Origin: a virus
Virus record (IMG/VR): IMGVR_UViG_3300036770_001972
Coordinates: 38,229 to 102,228 of that record
Direction: 5' to 3' (one strand)
Length of the DNA stretch: 64,000 nucleotides
Shown: one piece after another, positions 18,487 to 28,193 of the stretch
How positions within the stretch are numbered: position 1 is the stretch's first letter
Layout of the letters: each line of letters opens with the position of its first letter
The notes under the pieces: generated by a model
What the model saw: only the letters and a program-made list of their open reading frames with translations
The model's database searches: none
Told to the model about the DNA's origin: nothing
Position numbers and translations under genes: made by a program

Positions 18487-20412
18487 TTACCGTGTAAATG
18501 GAGAATCACTTGCACTTCTATCTATTGTGGTCTTTTCGGGCACCGCGTTGATTGAGATTCCTAGATCATCGATGATGATGATCTGATTTCTCCTTGCAAA
18601 GATGTCTTTCTTCTCGGGAGTTACTGTGACCTTTAGCGATGTTTGTCCGTCATCCAAGTACTCGGGGATGAAGTTTCGAAGTGAGATTGTTCCCGTCGAA
18701 TAGTCGATGCTGCCGATGTTCTTCAGAACAACTACTTTAGAAGATCCGACTTGCTTGTAGACGCGGACATTTCCGTAGCCATCGTCATCCAAGAAGCAAT
18801 CCACGATTGGCTTGACAACTGCCGTCGATGTTGCATCTCTGTATCCAAATAAAGTGCTAGAAAGAATCGGGGTATAGCCGTCTACTGGGTGTAGAAGTGG
18901 GTTGTCAAAACGGATGGTATATGGAGCAGCCCGACCCAAGTTTGGCTCAAACTGCTTCGAAAGAGTGATTTCAGTTGAGTTTGAGTTGATCGCGGGTGCA
19001 GAACCATCGATGATGGACGAGAACTTGGAGAGTCTGAAGTTGCGTTGGAAGAGTCCCAAGTAGTTGGTGCTGTATGCCTTGATAAGAGACGAGATGCGAG
19101 TTTCGACACCCGACTTGTTCAAGGTGGTCTTTGATTCGTCGTAGTAGACGGTCACCGCTGGATTGATGTAAAGAATGTCGGGATCGACAACCTCGGGCGT
19201 GATGGTCACAAGGTTTCTCTGCCCCAAAATGGTTCGCTCAATTGCTTGCTTCTCGGTACTGGAAAGGCGTGTTCCTACTTTTGGCTTGATGCTGATGAAC
19301 ACCTTTCCGTACTGAGGCGGATCATTCTCTTCTCCACCCCAAATGAAGAACGAGTCTGCTCGGCTTGCGTACTCGCGCCCAAGGATTGCCTTGTAGTCAT
19401 CTGCCGTTACCGCACGGTCTTGCGCTTGATAGTTTCTCGGGGCGTAATAGCGGATCGACTCAATGTCCTCGCTGTCTTCTCCTCCGAAAGAAACCTGAAC
19501 CTTGTCATCATCGTCCGTCTTGATTCGGACTTCATCGACGCGGCTATCGTTAGAGGTAATTGCCCTCTTCACGCTAGTCTCGTCGTATCCAATCCCATTC
19601 CCAGCCGAACCATTCGTAACCAAGTAGCGAAGTGTAACGACATTTCCGTTTTCGATTGCCTTGCCGATCACACCATCACCAAAATAGACTTCCCAAAACC
19701 CATCGCGGCTCTCCTGAATGAAGAACACATTCGATGAGGAGTCCAACTTGTTGATGTCAATTGCCCTCTTCCAAAGTTGTGCAGAACCCGTGGTATCTGT
19801 TTGGGATCGTTGTACCAATACCACCAAGGTATCGATATCGACATTCAGATCGGGGATCGCAAACTTCGCTTCCGACCCCCCCTGCGTGTTGGCGACATAC
19901 GCAACTTGCTTGAGATAGCCCTGATACAGGGTGACATCCTGAACAATGTTTTCCCCACCACGACGAACTGCTTTGTAGGTCTCTAGGTTGACAAAATTGA
20001 CTGCCTTCCCATCGACATCCTTGCCACGAAACACGGTTCCCTGCTCCACAAACTCTCTGCCCTGAATGACTCTTTGGGTGAAGGGGGAAGTAACATCGTC
20101 CGTGCCCATCGAAATATCAACCACCAATTGGGCTGCTTTCTTCGATCTTGGCGTGTAGTTGAGATGCTTCGCCAAGGACACAACAGAGGGTCGCATGACA
20201 GCCGAATCGATGAACGACTCGTTCGCTGCCATGTTTGCATAGAACGCCTGATAGTGCGTGTTGTATGCCAACAGATCCAAGACGATTGACAGCGCAGAGC
20301 CTTCAAAGTTGTAGTCCTTAAATTGCTCTTGACCCTGAAGATACGCCTTGAGGTTGTTCTTGATTTCGTCAAACTCAAGCGACTGAATTGGTGTATTGGA
20401 ACTGTTGTTCAT
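18487..20412 (-). CDS. gp6: baseplate wedge subunit gp6
   Basis: LEFDEIKNNLKAYL..FKDYNFEGSALS..LDLLAYNTHY, YFGDGVIGK, QDRAVTADDY and WGGEENDPPQYGKVFISIKP. Confidence 0.95.
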   Translation of the reverse strand: MNNSSNTPIQSLEFDEIKNNLKAYLQGQEQFKDYNFEGSALSIVLDLLAYNTHYQAFYANMAANESFIDSAVMRPSVVSLAKHLNYTPRSKKAAQLVVDISMGTDDVTSPFTQRVIQGREFVEQGTVFRGKDVDGKAVNFVNLETYKAVRRGGENIVQDVTLYQGYLKQVAYVANTQGGSEAKFAIPDLNVDIDTLVVLVQRSQTDTTGSAQLWKRAIDINKLDSSSNVFFIQESRDGFWEVYFGDGVIGKAIENGNVVTLRYLVTNGSAGNGIGYDETSVKRAITSNDSRVDEVRIKTDDDDKVQVSFGGEDSEDIESIRYYAPRNYQAQDRAVTADDYKAILGREYASRADSFFIWGGEENDPPQYGKVFISIKPKVGTRLSSTEKQAIERTILGQRNLVTITPEVVDPDILYINPAVTVYYDESKTTLNKSGVETRISSLIKAYSTNYLGLFQRNFRLSKFSSIIDGSAPAINSNSTEITLSKQFEPNLGRAAPYTIRFDNPLLHPVDGYTPILSSTLFGYRDATSTAVVKPIVDCFLDDDGYGNVRVYKQVGSSKVVVLKNIGSIDYSTGTISLRNFIPEYLDDGQTSLKVTVTPEKKDIFARRNQIIIIDDLGISINAVPEKTTIDRSASDSPFTR

Positions 20413-20801
20413 CTTAGCCTCTGTAGAGCGACTGTTGTAGAGAAGACTTTCTGCACATTCTTAATGGTGAAGTGAATCGTGATTCGGATCTCATTCCTAT
20501 CTATTACATCAACCACATCAACGATGGCGTTGCTGACTCGCGGCTCGTACCGCTGAATTGTGTCTCCGATTCTTCTCTTAAGTTCGATTAGCATGATCGG
20601 ATCAACCAGTTCAAACAGCAGATCCTGAATGCCTGAACTAATCTCGGGGTGAAATGGCTTCTCTCCACGGCGATACAGCAGAAGGTTGCGGAGTGACCGC
20701 TTGATGGCTTCCTCATCCTTACGCAAAGAGACATCGCCCGACAGCGGATTGCGGTCAAAGTTGATGTCTAGGTCTATGGATGTGTTCTGTGCTTTTGCCA
20801 T
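20409..20801 (-). CDS. gp25: baseplate wedge subunit gp25
   Basis: DLDINFDRNPLSGD..AIKRSLRNLL..GEKPFHPEISSGI..YEPRV. Confidence 0.93.
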   Translation of the reverse strand: MAKAQNTSIDLDINFDRNPLSGDVSLRKDEEAIKRSLRNLLLYRRGEKPFHPEISSGIQDLLFELVDPIMLIELKRRIGDTIQRYEPRVSNAIVDVVDVIDRNEIRITIHFTIKNVQKVFSTTVALQRLR

Positions 20802-20803
20802 TG

Positions 20804-21448
20804 TTACCTTAGAGCCAGTTCAAGTTCTGTGTAATCTCGGGATTGTTCGAATGTTGAAGACAGTTCCTTTACTTCATCCATCGTGGGTAGTTTGTTTGCC
20901 TCAAACCATTCCAGTTCGATGAATCCAACATACAGGTCTTCTTTCATGATCGGAAGAATCGCATATGCAACGATGCCGTTTGACTTGTTGTACGAGCGGA
21001 AATAGCCTTCCCGCATCGACTCTGTCATGTGTAGTCTTGGATTGTTCTCCCGCATCGTCTCCACCAAATCCCAAAACATGGTGACAAGGATGTTCTGTAG
21101 ATTGGCACCATCGTATGGAACTCCTCGCTCACATGATTCATGTGTGATTGAGAACTTCTTCATCGGTGTGCCATCTAGGAACTTACCTCCATTGTGAAAG
21201 TGACCGATTCGCGCCCTGCATGCATTTGCCTTTACACGAAGACCTGTGAGTGTTTCGTGAATGATCGTATGCTTTGCTTGGAAACTGGAACTTCTGCTTC
21301 CTCCAATAGAAGCCTCCTCCATTTCCCTCCGCTTCTCTACATGAAAGCGTCTCTTTGCATAGAACACTCCTGCAATAAGACCGCTTATGATTCCCGATGC
21401 GGCGATACCTACTTCAAACCAAGTCTGTAGCGATGTGAACATCTCCAT
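20804..21448 (-). CDS. single-TM membrane protein with a probable GAF-like soluble domain (holin T-like architecture)
   Basis: Hydrophobic segment at about aa 12-30, then LRVKANACRARIGHFHNGG..FSITHE..AYAILPI..YVGFIELEW, which fits a GAF-type strand order; 214 aa. Confidence 0.5.
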   Translation of the reverse strand: MEMFTSLQTWFEVGIAASGIISGLIAGVFYAKRRFHVEKRREMEEASIGGSRSSSFQAKHTIIHETLTGLRVKANACRARIGHFHNGGKFLDGTPMKKFSITHESCERGVPYDGANLQNILVTMFWDLVETMRENNPRLHMTESMREGYFRSYNKSNGIVAYAILPIMKEDLYVGFIELEWFEANKLPTMDEVKELSSTFEQSRDYTELELALR

Positions 21449-21451
21449 CTC

Positions 21452-21739
21452 TCATCCCCCGCAGTAGACATTTTTGCTTCCCCGCGCACATGCGGATCCA
21501 CAATGGACAGGATCAGCCACCCTAGCAGCGGGTCGGCTATTGATAAAGACGGAAGAGGATCCCTCTGCCGTTTTGCTAGTATGGCATGAATCGCCACAGC
21601 AATGCGTTGCCCAACCGTCACCCTTGCGATGCCAACCAAGACTATTCACGAATACATTCTTAGAACCCTCGACATTACGACGAGGGGGGAAGCATCCATG
21701 TCCTGAGCAGATATCGGTGTGTCTGTGAGCGGCTGGCAT
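21452..21739 (-). CDS. gp5.4: PAAR-repeat spike-tip protein (gp5.4)
   Basis: MPAAHR..CSGHGCFPP..GSKNVFVN..GSSSVFINSRPAARVAD, with Cys/His metal ligands. Confidence 0.93.
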   Translation of the reverse strand: MPAAHRHTDICSGHGCFPPRRNVEGSKNVFVNSLGWHRKGDGWATHCCGDSCHTSKTAEGSSSVFINSRPAARVADPVHCGSACARGSKNVYCGG

Positions 21740-21748
21740 CTATTCTCC

Positions 21749-22531
21749 TTAGCAATTTGGAAAGTACCCCCGCTCCTTCATGGTGGCGAGATACTGTTTG
21801 TTCGTCACGGGATTTCCATCTATGAACATCTGATTCCTGATATTTAGGATGAACTCATCCCTGTCAGATGACCAATTGTTGCTCGTATCGATTACGAACT
21901 CACCATCGATGTATCTGCTCGTCAGAGAAGAATCAAATGCCCGTGCGATGAAGATGATTCCCTTTGGTATCGGGAATCCTGCCCTATACAGAGAAGCCGA
22001 ACCACGAACCGCGTAGTTGTCCTCTGTGAACTTTCTCGGGCCCTGTTCTCCAAAATTGAAGTTGAATGTCTGTGCTGCCCGAACATCTCTAGGATCTTCG
22101 GGTATCCCCTGTGGATTGGTAAGTCCAAATTCCTCGGGAAAGATATCGTCCAAGTCATCGATCTTCCCGAACATGTATCCTGTGTCGATGTCTAGCGTCA
22201 GGCTAGGGGGAAACACACCGCTAACGATTGCAAACTTCAGATCGCCACCAGTTGTTGGCGGTGCGCCCACATAGGACACATAGGATGCTCTCAATTGGAT
22301 CGTAGTTCTGCATCCGACATCAGGGTCTTGCGGTCGAATCACCTTCTGCTGTTCATAGATCGGGCGAGACGGGGAGGTCTCGTTGTATGACTTGTTCAGG
22401 ATAGCGGGACTCAACCATTGGATATCTCCCGTAACGGAGGAAAGCGACTCGTCCTGTTCAACGATGTTCAGTTCTCCAAATCCTGCGGGATAGTAGTATT
22501 CGATAGGCTGTGCGCCCGTCATACTAGCCAT
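21749..22531 (-). CDS. hypothetical baseplate-associated protein with putative Ig-like repeat
   Basis: FAIVSGVFPPSLTLDIDTGYMFG resembles the He_PIG/putative Ig motif; lies in the gp5-gp5.4 interval. Confidence 0.55.
   Translation of the reverse strand: MASMTGAQPIEYYYPAGFGELNIVEQDESLSSVTGDIQWLSPAILNKSYNETSPSRPIYEQQKVIRPQDPDVGCRTTIQLRASYVSYVGAPPTTGGDLKFAIVSGVFPPSLTLDIDTGYMFGKIDDLDDIFPEEFGLTNPQGIPEDPRDVRAAQTFNFNFGEQGPRKFTEDNYAVRGSASLYRAGFPIPKGIIFIARAFDSSLTSRYIDGEFVIDTSNNWSSDRDEFILNIRNQMFIDGNPVTNKQYLATMKERGYFPNC
21841..21847 (-). promoter_or_regulatory. possible internal late promoter CTAAATA upstream of PAAR/gp25
   Basis: Exact motif about 100 nt upstream of the PAAR start, but inside a coding region. 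Confidence 0.4.
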
Positions 22532-23250
22532 CAGAACTCTCCTAGGTCGATTTCATCATCCAAACTCTTGACTGTCACATCGGGAGATTCAATTACGATG
22601 TTTGGATTAGTACCGTATGGAACGGGTTCTGCAATGAAAGCATCCACGGGTTCTTCCGCAGGCTGTGACAATGCAGATCCAAGTTGTGGCTGCGACTGTG
22701 GTGTTGGTATCGCTTCGGGTTTGCCGCAGGATATGGTTGGGATGTTGCTCTGAATCGCTGCGCCGATATCTGCAATAGTGTCGTTGATCTTGCCAACAAC
22801 ACCCACAATAGCCTCGGATGCGATCTGTAGTGTTGGGAGGGTGATTCCGTTGATTCCCGCCATGATGTCGTTCAGCGATGGCAAGCCACCAATGCTTGCA
22901 TTCGGGATGTCCAAATCCAAAGACGGCACCTTCCCCAAGAATCCGCAAATGTCGATATCGGGAACTTGGGACATGTCTCCTCTCTCGGTAGTCAGTTCGT
23001 TGATCGACTTCTTCGATTCGTTGAAATCAGTCGCCACGGGGACATTCACCATCCCACGGATACTCACCGCCTCGCTTGTCTTCACCGATGACTTCTGTGC
23101 TGCGTCCAATGCTGCGTAGGTCTTCAGTTGATTCTGCTGATCGAATTGATAGGTTTCGATGTCTTCCGAAGAATACACAGAACCCTGCGTACTCCTAGAT
23201 GGAGTTGCGCTTGCGATTGGAATAGACAAGTTTGGTCTTGAAAAAGACAT
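22531..23250 (-). CDS. hypothetical protein
   Basis: 239-aa ORF with 1-nt overlaps to both neighbours; ends in EIDLGEF. Confidence 0.7.
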   Translation of the reverse strand: MSFSRPNLSIPIASATPSRSTQGSVYSSEDIETYQFDQQNQLKTYAALDAAQKSSVKTSEAVSIRGMVNVPVATDFNESKKSINELTTERGDMSQVPDIDICGFLGKVPSLDLDIPNASIGGLPSLNDIMAGINGITLPTLQIASEAIVGVVGKINDTIADIGAAIQSNIPTISCGKPEAIPTPQSQPQLGSALSQPAEEPVDAFIAEPVPYGTNPNIVIESPDVTVKSLDDEIDLGEF

Positions 23251-24485
23251 TAGTCCTTATTCCTCACTTGCAAATCGGATGGGCTGAGTTTTTCGATTAG
23301 TCCATTGACCAATCCACGCAACTTGTCCATGAGAGTTTGTACATTTGACGAGTTCTCACCCTCGGGATTCAAGTCGATTCTCGGAGCCATGATGACCATG
23401 TTTCCTTCGCTAGAGAGCGTATAGGTTCCCTTGACCTTCTGAAGGAAGTTGCCGCCGACATCTACCGTCATGTTTCCTCGGGCGTACATCTTCGTGTCTC
23501 CCTGAACCTCAATCTCCAAGTCCTTGCCCATCATGATCTTCATCGTCTTGTCCGCATTGAACGAGCAGTTTCCCTTTACAAGAATCATCTTGTCATTCAG
23601 GGTGATGTCCCATGCGTTTCCGACAACCTTGTGTACCTCGCTGCCTCTCGGGTGAATCTCCGTAAAGGTGCCTGAGCAATGGTACCAATGCATTCTCTCT
23701 GCCCCTGGGGTATCGTCATACTCGACAATGTGTCCCGCCTGAGACTCATAGACATTGTTGAAGGGATACTGGGCTGCATATGGTGTCTCGGGTTCTGCCC
23801 AAAATCCATAGAGTGCCGACACGCAGAATTCGATGCTGTCTTTCTTCTTTTTGACAATCGTGTTCTCAATCTGCTCGTTTCTTGCCAACCTGTTCGTGTC
23901 TGCTTCTCCCATTCGTGAGATAAGCGGATACATCCCCTGCGGATCAGCAAACCCGCGACCTGTATCGATGGTCGGATTCTTGGGCAACTGATACGACTTG
24001 AGTCCGACATCGTTCTTTGCCTCGTCCAACGACGAGATGATCTCTGCCTTCTTGCTTTCGATCTGATTGATGTAGATCTGCTTGACATCCTCGGGATCCA
24101 CAAACGGCAGATTTGGCAGATTCGACAGTTCGTTTGGAACTGGAATGTTTACGGTGTTGATCCCGCCGATTGTGCCAAACACAACTGGCTCTTGCGAATT
24201 CATTCCATCTCGGAAGAACCCCACCACCCATGTTCCTTGAAGCAGACCCGTAGGAGACCACCCTTTGCCCGAAACGCTTGCGCTCGTCACGGGCATGATC
24301 ACATGCGCCCAAGGAAGATTGTCGGTGGGAATCTGAGTCTTGTCATCCGTGTGCCACCCAAGTACGCGCACACGGACGCGACCCAACTTGAGTGGATCGT
24401 AGATGTCTTCCACGACACCTTGCCACCACACGAAGCCGTTCTTGCCCATGTAGTCCGCTCTCATTGGTTCTTGGTTGCTGCTCAT
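23250..24485 (-). CDS. gp5: baseplate central spike gp5 (OB fold plus beta-helix; no lysozyme domain evident)
   Basis: FVWWQGVVEDIYDPLKLGRVRVR..LPWA..GTWVVGFFRDG and YPFNNVYESQAGHIVEYDDTPGAER..H.SGTF.EI. Confidence 0.93.
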   Translation of the reverse strand: MSSNQEPMRADYMGKNGFVWWQGVVEDIYDPLKLGRVRVRVLGWHTDDKTQIPTDNLPWAHVIMPVTSASVSGKGWSPTGLLQGTWVVGFFRDGMNSQEPVVFGTIGGINTVNIPVPNELSNLPNLPFVDPEDVKQIYINQIESKKAEIISSLDEAKNDVGLKSYQLPKNPTIDTGRGFADPQGMYPLISRMGEADTNRLARNEQIENTIVKKKKDSIEFCVSALYGFWAEPETPYAAQYPFNNVYESQAGHIVEYDDTPGAERMHWYHCSGTFTEIHPRGSEVHKVVGNAWDITLNDKMILVKGNCSFNADKTMKIMMGKDLEIEVQGDTKMYARGNMTVDVGGNFLQKVKGTYTLSSEGNMVIMAPRIDLNPEGENSSNVQTLMDKLRGLVNGLIEKLSPSDLQVRNKD

Positions 24486-25960
24486 GATGTCTCCAAATTC
24501 AACTCTGCCTTCTTGTAGTCGGCAATCGGTTCTGCGAACGAATCACGCGACAATGTCATCGTCATAGTATGTTCACGATCTGTTACGAGATGCTTTACGG
24601 TGGTGACCAAGTAGCGACCCTTGAGGTAGTCATCTTCGTAGTTGTCTTGATTCTTCGTTGCTTCCTTTGCAATCGTCCTGAAGTTGATCACCTGACCCGC
24701 CTTGACATTCGTATCGCCGTAACAGGAAACTATGAGATTGATCGAATTCAGTTGGTTGAGTAGAGACTGCCTGAGCAATACCGTTTCATCGGGATCGTGA
24801 ACCTGTGCAAGTCCCGCCATCGAATAAGATGACTTTGGATAGAATCGAATGTGCGATTCCACGGAGTCTGTGTAATCGATCTTCTGCATCGGAATGAGAG
24901 GGTTCTTCTCAAGATGTGCAGCATCATTCATAAACGACTTGTCATACTTGAACTGCGAGGTAGACCATGTCTTGGTTGTCATGTCATGGGTCATGATCGC
25001 TGACGCAAGCATTCCCAAGTTCTGTTGCTTGATCTTGTCCGTCATGTCTTCCACGACCAACGAGTGAATGTTGCGAAGTTCAGACTCAAGCATTCTTGCC
25101 CCATCGTCGCTACGGAACCCATCGGGATAGTTTGTGTATGTAAACGCGGCATCGGCTGTCTTTAGACCCGACAGGGGGACGAAATGGTGCCCGTCTGAGT
25201 TTTGAAACAGCACATAATCACACATGGAGGTGTCGGCTCTCGCTCTAGCCCTATGTGCAAGCCAATTGATTGCATACAGGGGCGACCAATAGGGAATCAC
25301 ATACGAGCGATTGTCGAAGGTCTCTGTAACCGTCTTGAGATGGATCTTGTCATCATCGAAGGCTTCCCGTGCAAGCCCGATTGCGCCGCCTACGATAGCC
25401 CCAGCCACGCTCCCTGCAATCGGGATGGGGATCATACTGCCAACCAAGCCCCCTGCTGCCGCGCCTCCTGCGAGGGCTGAAATGAGACCGTTGTTTTCGC
25501 CGTTATCGACCGCCAAAAACTCGTCAAAGATGTTCTCCACCATCTTGGACACGGGCATGTTTCGATATGATTTCGAAACCTTTGTTTGCATGCTTTTGAT
25601 CGCCTGTTGAGCGACAAACTCAATGCGAACCATCTGTGTTGATTCCTGTGCAGTCTCGGTCAGCACCGAAATTTTGTATGTTCGAAACACCATCTTCACG
25701 GGCTGACTGCCGCCCATGGGCGTTCGATAGATGATTGTCAGAGTCTCGGCACCGATGATCGGAAAGTTCTTTACGAGGTTCATCGAATCGATCAGCGTGA
25801 TGCTTCCCGACATGCAGTTGCTGAAGATGTCCTCGTATACAATGAAGTTCTGAAAGATGCCCTTCAGGCTCATCGTAAAGCCAGTATACGACTTGAGGGT
25901 GATCTCATCGATCACCACATCGCCTGGTTTCACCATCGTGTCGCTACTGACCTCTGTCAC
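24482..25960 (-). CDS. baseplate hub protein (gp27-like)
   Basis: VYEDIFSNCMSGSITLIDS..PIIGAE, YVIPYWSPLYAINWLA, GDTNVKAGQVINF and GRYLVTTVKH; directly upstream of gp5; GTG start with GAGGTG SD. Confidence 0.75.
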   Translation of the reverse strand: MTEVSSDTMVKPGDVVIDEITLKSYTGFTMSLKGIFQNFIVYEDIFSNCMSGSITLIDSMNLVKNFPIIGAETLTIIYRTPMGGSQPVKMVFRTYKISVLTETAQESTQMVRIEFVAQQAIKSMQTKVSKSYRNMPVSKMVENIFDEFLAVDNGENNGLISALAGGAAAGGLVGSMIPIPIAGSVAGAIVGGAIGLAREAFDDDKIHLKTVTETFDNRSYVIPYWSPLYAINWLAHRARARADTSMCDYVLFQNSDGHHFVPLSGLKTADAAFTYTNYPDGFRSDDGARMLESELRNIHSLVVEDMTDKIKQQNLGMLASAIMTHDMTTKTWSTSQFKYDKSFMNDAAHLEKNPLIPMQKIDYTDSVESHIRFYPKSSYSMAGLAQVHDPDETVLLRQSLLNQLNSINLIVSCYGDTNVKAGQVINFRTIAKEATKNQDNYEDDYLKGRYLVTTVKHLVTDREHTMTMTLSRDSFAEPIADYKKAELNLETS

Positions 25961-25968
25961 GATTCACC

Positions 25969-26937
25969 TCATGTATTGATTTGGAATAGCCGCCTGAAAT
26001 CTCTCAGGATTGGGTCGATGTACTCGGGACGCATCAACTTGATGTTGCGCTTGTCATCGTTGACCTTCGACTCATGAACTATGTTCGTCACCGCCGTGGC
26101 GTAACCAAGATCATCATCGTTACCGTCGATGCCCAATGGAATCAACTCCGTATTTCCAACAACGAATCTGTCGATCATTGCCGATGGACTCTCGCTTCTT
26201 TCACTATCAACCAATGTAACTGGCTTGTACAGGGGAGATATGACTTCACCATCCTCTGATTCAAAGTGATGAAGTGCATACACGCTGCTGTCAACTACGC
26301 GGAAGACCTGTGCGGCGATTTCCCTGCCCGTTCTATTGACCGTGAACAGATCGTATGCAATGTCCTGTGGACGGGCGATTGCCTGACCACCAAGCCGAAC
26401 AAGTTCTTCCTGAATGCGGAAAGTTCCTACTGTGTTTTCGATTTCGATCTTGTACAGAGTTGGATCCCAAGACTTGACTGTGCCTCTTCCGACCTCGTTC
26501 CCAAGTCTATCCTTCTGCACGACCAAATCGCCAACCTCATAGTGCGGGAGACGGCGGTCAAACGGCACGATTCTTCCGTCTTCCTGTCTGCCGCTCTTGT
26601 AATCCCAAAGCAGCGGGGGATAGATGAACAGACTCTTTCCTGTGTATGTTTTCTCCATCTGTGATTCGAACTCATTGACGCTCAGGGGCCAACTGAAGTA
26701 TGGATCCAAGATCTCATTGAACATAAGAACGAGCCAATGGTAGTCCGACCGACCGTAGATTCTGTGGGCAATCGTCTCGGGTCTCTCCTCGTCCTTGATC
26801 GTGTAATCCAAGGCAGTAGATTGCGTTTCCTTGATGATGTCAAGGATCTTCGCCCGTGTGAGGATGTTCTTGGCGAGAACAAGATTTCCCGCGTCATCCC
26901 GATAGCCAACATTAGGTAGAAAGTTGAAATAGCCCAT
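25969..26937 (-). CDS. gp53: baseplate wedge protein gp53
   Basis: MGYFNFLPNVGY..KNILTR..YTIKDEERPETIAHRIYG..YHWLVLMFNEILDPYFSWPLS..NDDKRNIKLMRPEY. Confidence 0.9.
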   Translation of the reverse strand: MGYFNFLPNVGYRDDAGNLVLAKNILTRAKILDIIKETQSTALDYTIKDEERPETIAHRIYGRSDYHWLVLMFNEILDPYFSWPLSVNEFESQMEKTYTGKSLFIYPPLLWDYKSGRQEDGRIVPFDRRLPHYEVGDLVVQKDRLGNEVGRGTVKSWDPTLYKIEIENTVGTFRIQEELVRLGGQAIARPQDIAYDLFTVNRTGREIAAQVFRVVDSSVYALHHFESEDGEVISPLYKPVTLVDSERSESPSAMIDRFVVGNTELIPLGIDGNDDDLGYATAVTNIVHESKVNDDKRNIKLMRPEYIDPILRDFRRLFQINT

Positions 26938-26945
26938 GGATTATC

Positions 26946-28142
26946 TCAGGGTGAGGGGATGTTCCCCAACTCCCAACCAAAGCGGTCGCGGGTGAGGATT
27001 TCAAGTTCGCTGAACGATAGTTCCATAGTGATCTTGGTAGGTGCGGAGCCATACCCATCGTTTTGGAATGTGGTGAATGTGGTCTCTTCACCGTACTTGA
27101 CCTTGACTCCCTTGAGGGCACACTTCAGGATGCGTGGAAGGTATGCATTCTCGCGTCCATCGGCGGTAAGGAATCTGATTTGGAACTCTGCGGGGTAGTC
27201 CAAGAATCTTCCCGAACCTTCCGACCTCTTGGGGTGGGAGAAGAACTTCAGAAGACCGATGATCTCATGGCAAGTCTCCACTTCTTCTCTGTTGCGCGGC
27301 AAGAAGGTATATGCAAAGTTGAATTCTCTGCGCTTGACTTCCTTGAACAGGTGGAGTTGCATTGGGTTGACTACCTGACGCTGCTGTGCGGATGCAAACT
27401 TGGCAAAGGTTCCCGCCTCTGCCCCGACCAGTTCGCCCAACGAATCAAGCACCTTCAGGTTTGCCATGCCGATCTTCTTGCCGATGTCTCTCGCGGCTGC
27501 GGGATCATCGGTCTGTCCAATCGCCTTGGGCAACTTCAGGGCATCCAATCCTGCCATACTTGCGTCTTCGTAATCCATGGCATATCCAACTTCCAAGCCA
27601 GTTGGCATGTACAGATAGATTCGCTGAAGGATCGGTGCCGTGCCCCCCGCGATGCCAGTTTGCTCCTCTGTATAAGAGTCACGCCCCAATCCCTGACCTT
27701 TCAGATTGCCATCCGCGAATACCTGTTTTGCCGTATCCAAGATTACACCGCCACCCGAAACGACCGCGCTCAGGGTGTTTGCAACCATGCCAACGACATC
27801 CGTCTTCTGTTCAGCGGAAGCATCTTGCTCTGCGGCATTTTGTGCCGTTCGCATCTTGTCAATCAGACTTTCGCCAAACCGCGCAAATGCCTCTCTCTTG
27901 GTTGACAGGTATTGGGGATTATTGTCCCATATCTCAATGCACATGATGCTTTGGTGGGAGGGATCGGTCAGCAAGTCATATGGATACTTGTAGTATCCCG
28001 CAGGACGAGACGCTTGCGATCTATTGACATTCCCCCAACCATCGTTGAACACCTTATCTTCGAACGCGGTGGATTTGCGCCGAAGGATGCCGTCAATGGC
28101 TCGGATTTCCCCGTATGTCTTGATGCTGCTGAATTCTGCCAT
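26946..28142 (-). CDS. gp48: baseplate tail-tube cap gp48
   Basis: IYLYMP, VVNPMQLHLFKEVKRREFNFAYTFLPRNREE, YPAEFQI and MELSFSELEILTR. Confidence 0.88.
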   Translation of the reverse strand: MAEFSSIKTYGEIRAIDGILRRKSTAFEDKVFNDGWGNVNRSQASRPAGYYKYPYDLLTDPSHQSIMCIEIWDNNPQYLSTKREAFARFGESLIDKMRTAQNAAEQDASAEQKTDVVGMVANTLSAVVSGGGVILDTAKQVFADGNLKGQGLGRDSYTEEQTGIAGGTAPILQRIYLYMPTGLEVGYAMDYEDASMAGLDALKLPKAIGQTDDPAAARDIGKKIGMANLKVLDSLGELVGAEAGTFAKFASAQQRQVVNPMQLHLFKEVKRREFNFAYTFLPRNREEVETCHEIIGLLKFFSHPKRSEGSGRFLDYPAEFQIRFLTADGRENAYLPRILKCALKGVKVKYGEETTFTTFQNDGYGSAPTKITMELSFSELEILTRDRFGWELGNIPSP

Positions 28143-28148
28143 ATGGTG

Positions 28149-28172
28149 TATTTAGATGACATCTCATAAATA
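28149..28172. promoter_or_regulatory. back-to-back divergent late promoters (CTAAATA on minus at 28149-28155; ATAAATA on plus at 28166-28172)
   Basis: Both motifs lie in the short intergenic gap between the divergent gp48 and gp4 genes. Confidence 0.8.
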
Positions 28173-28193
28173 GCAGATACGGGAGACACCGCT

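Noticed and set aside
23250-24485. Missing lysozyme domain in gp5 as a novelty
   Set aside because: This is common among T4-like phages outside the enteric group.
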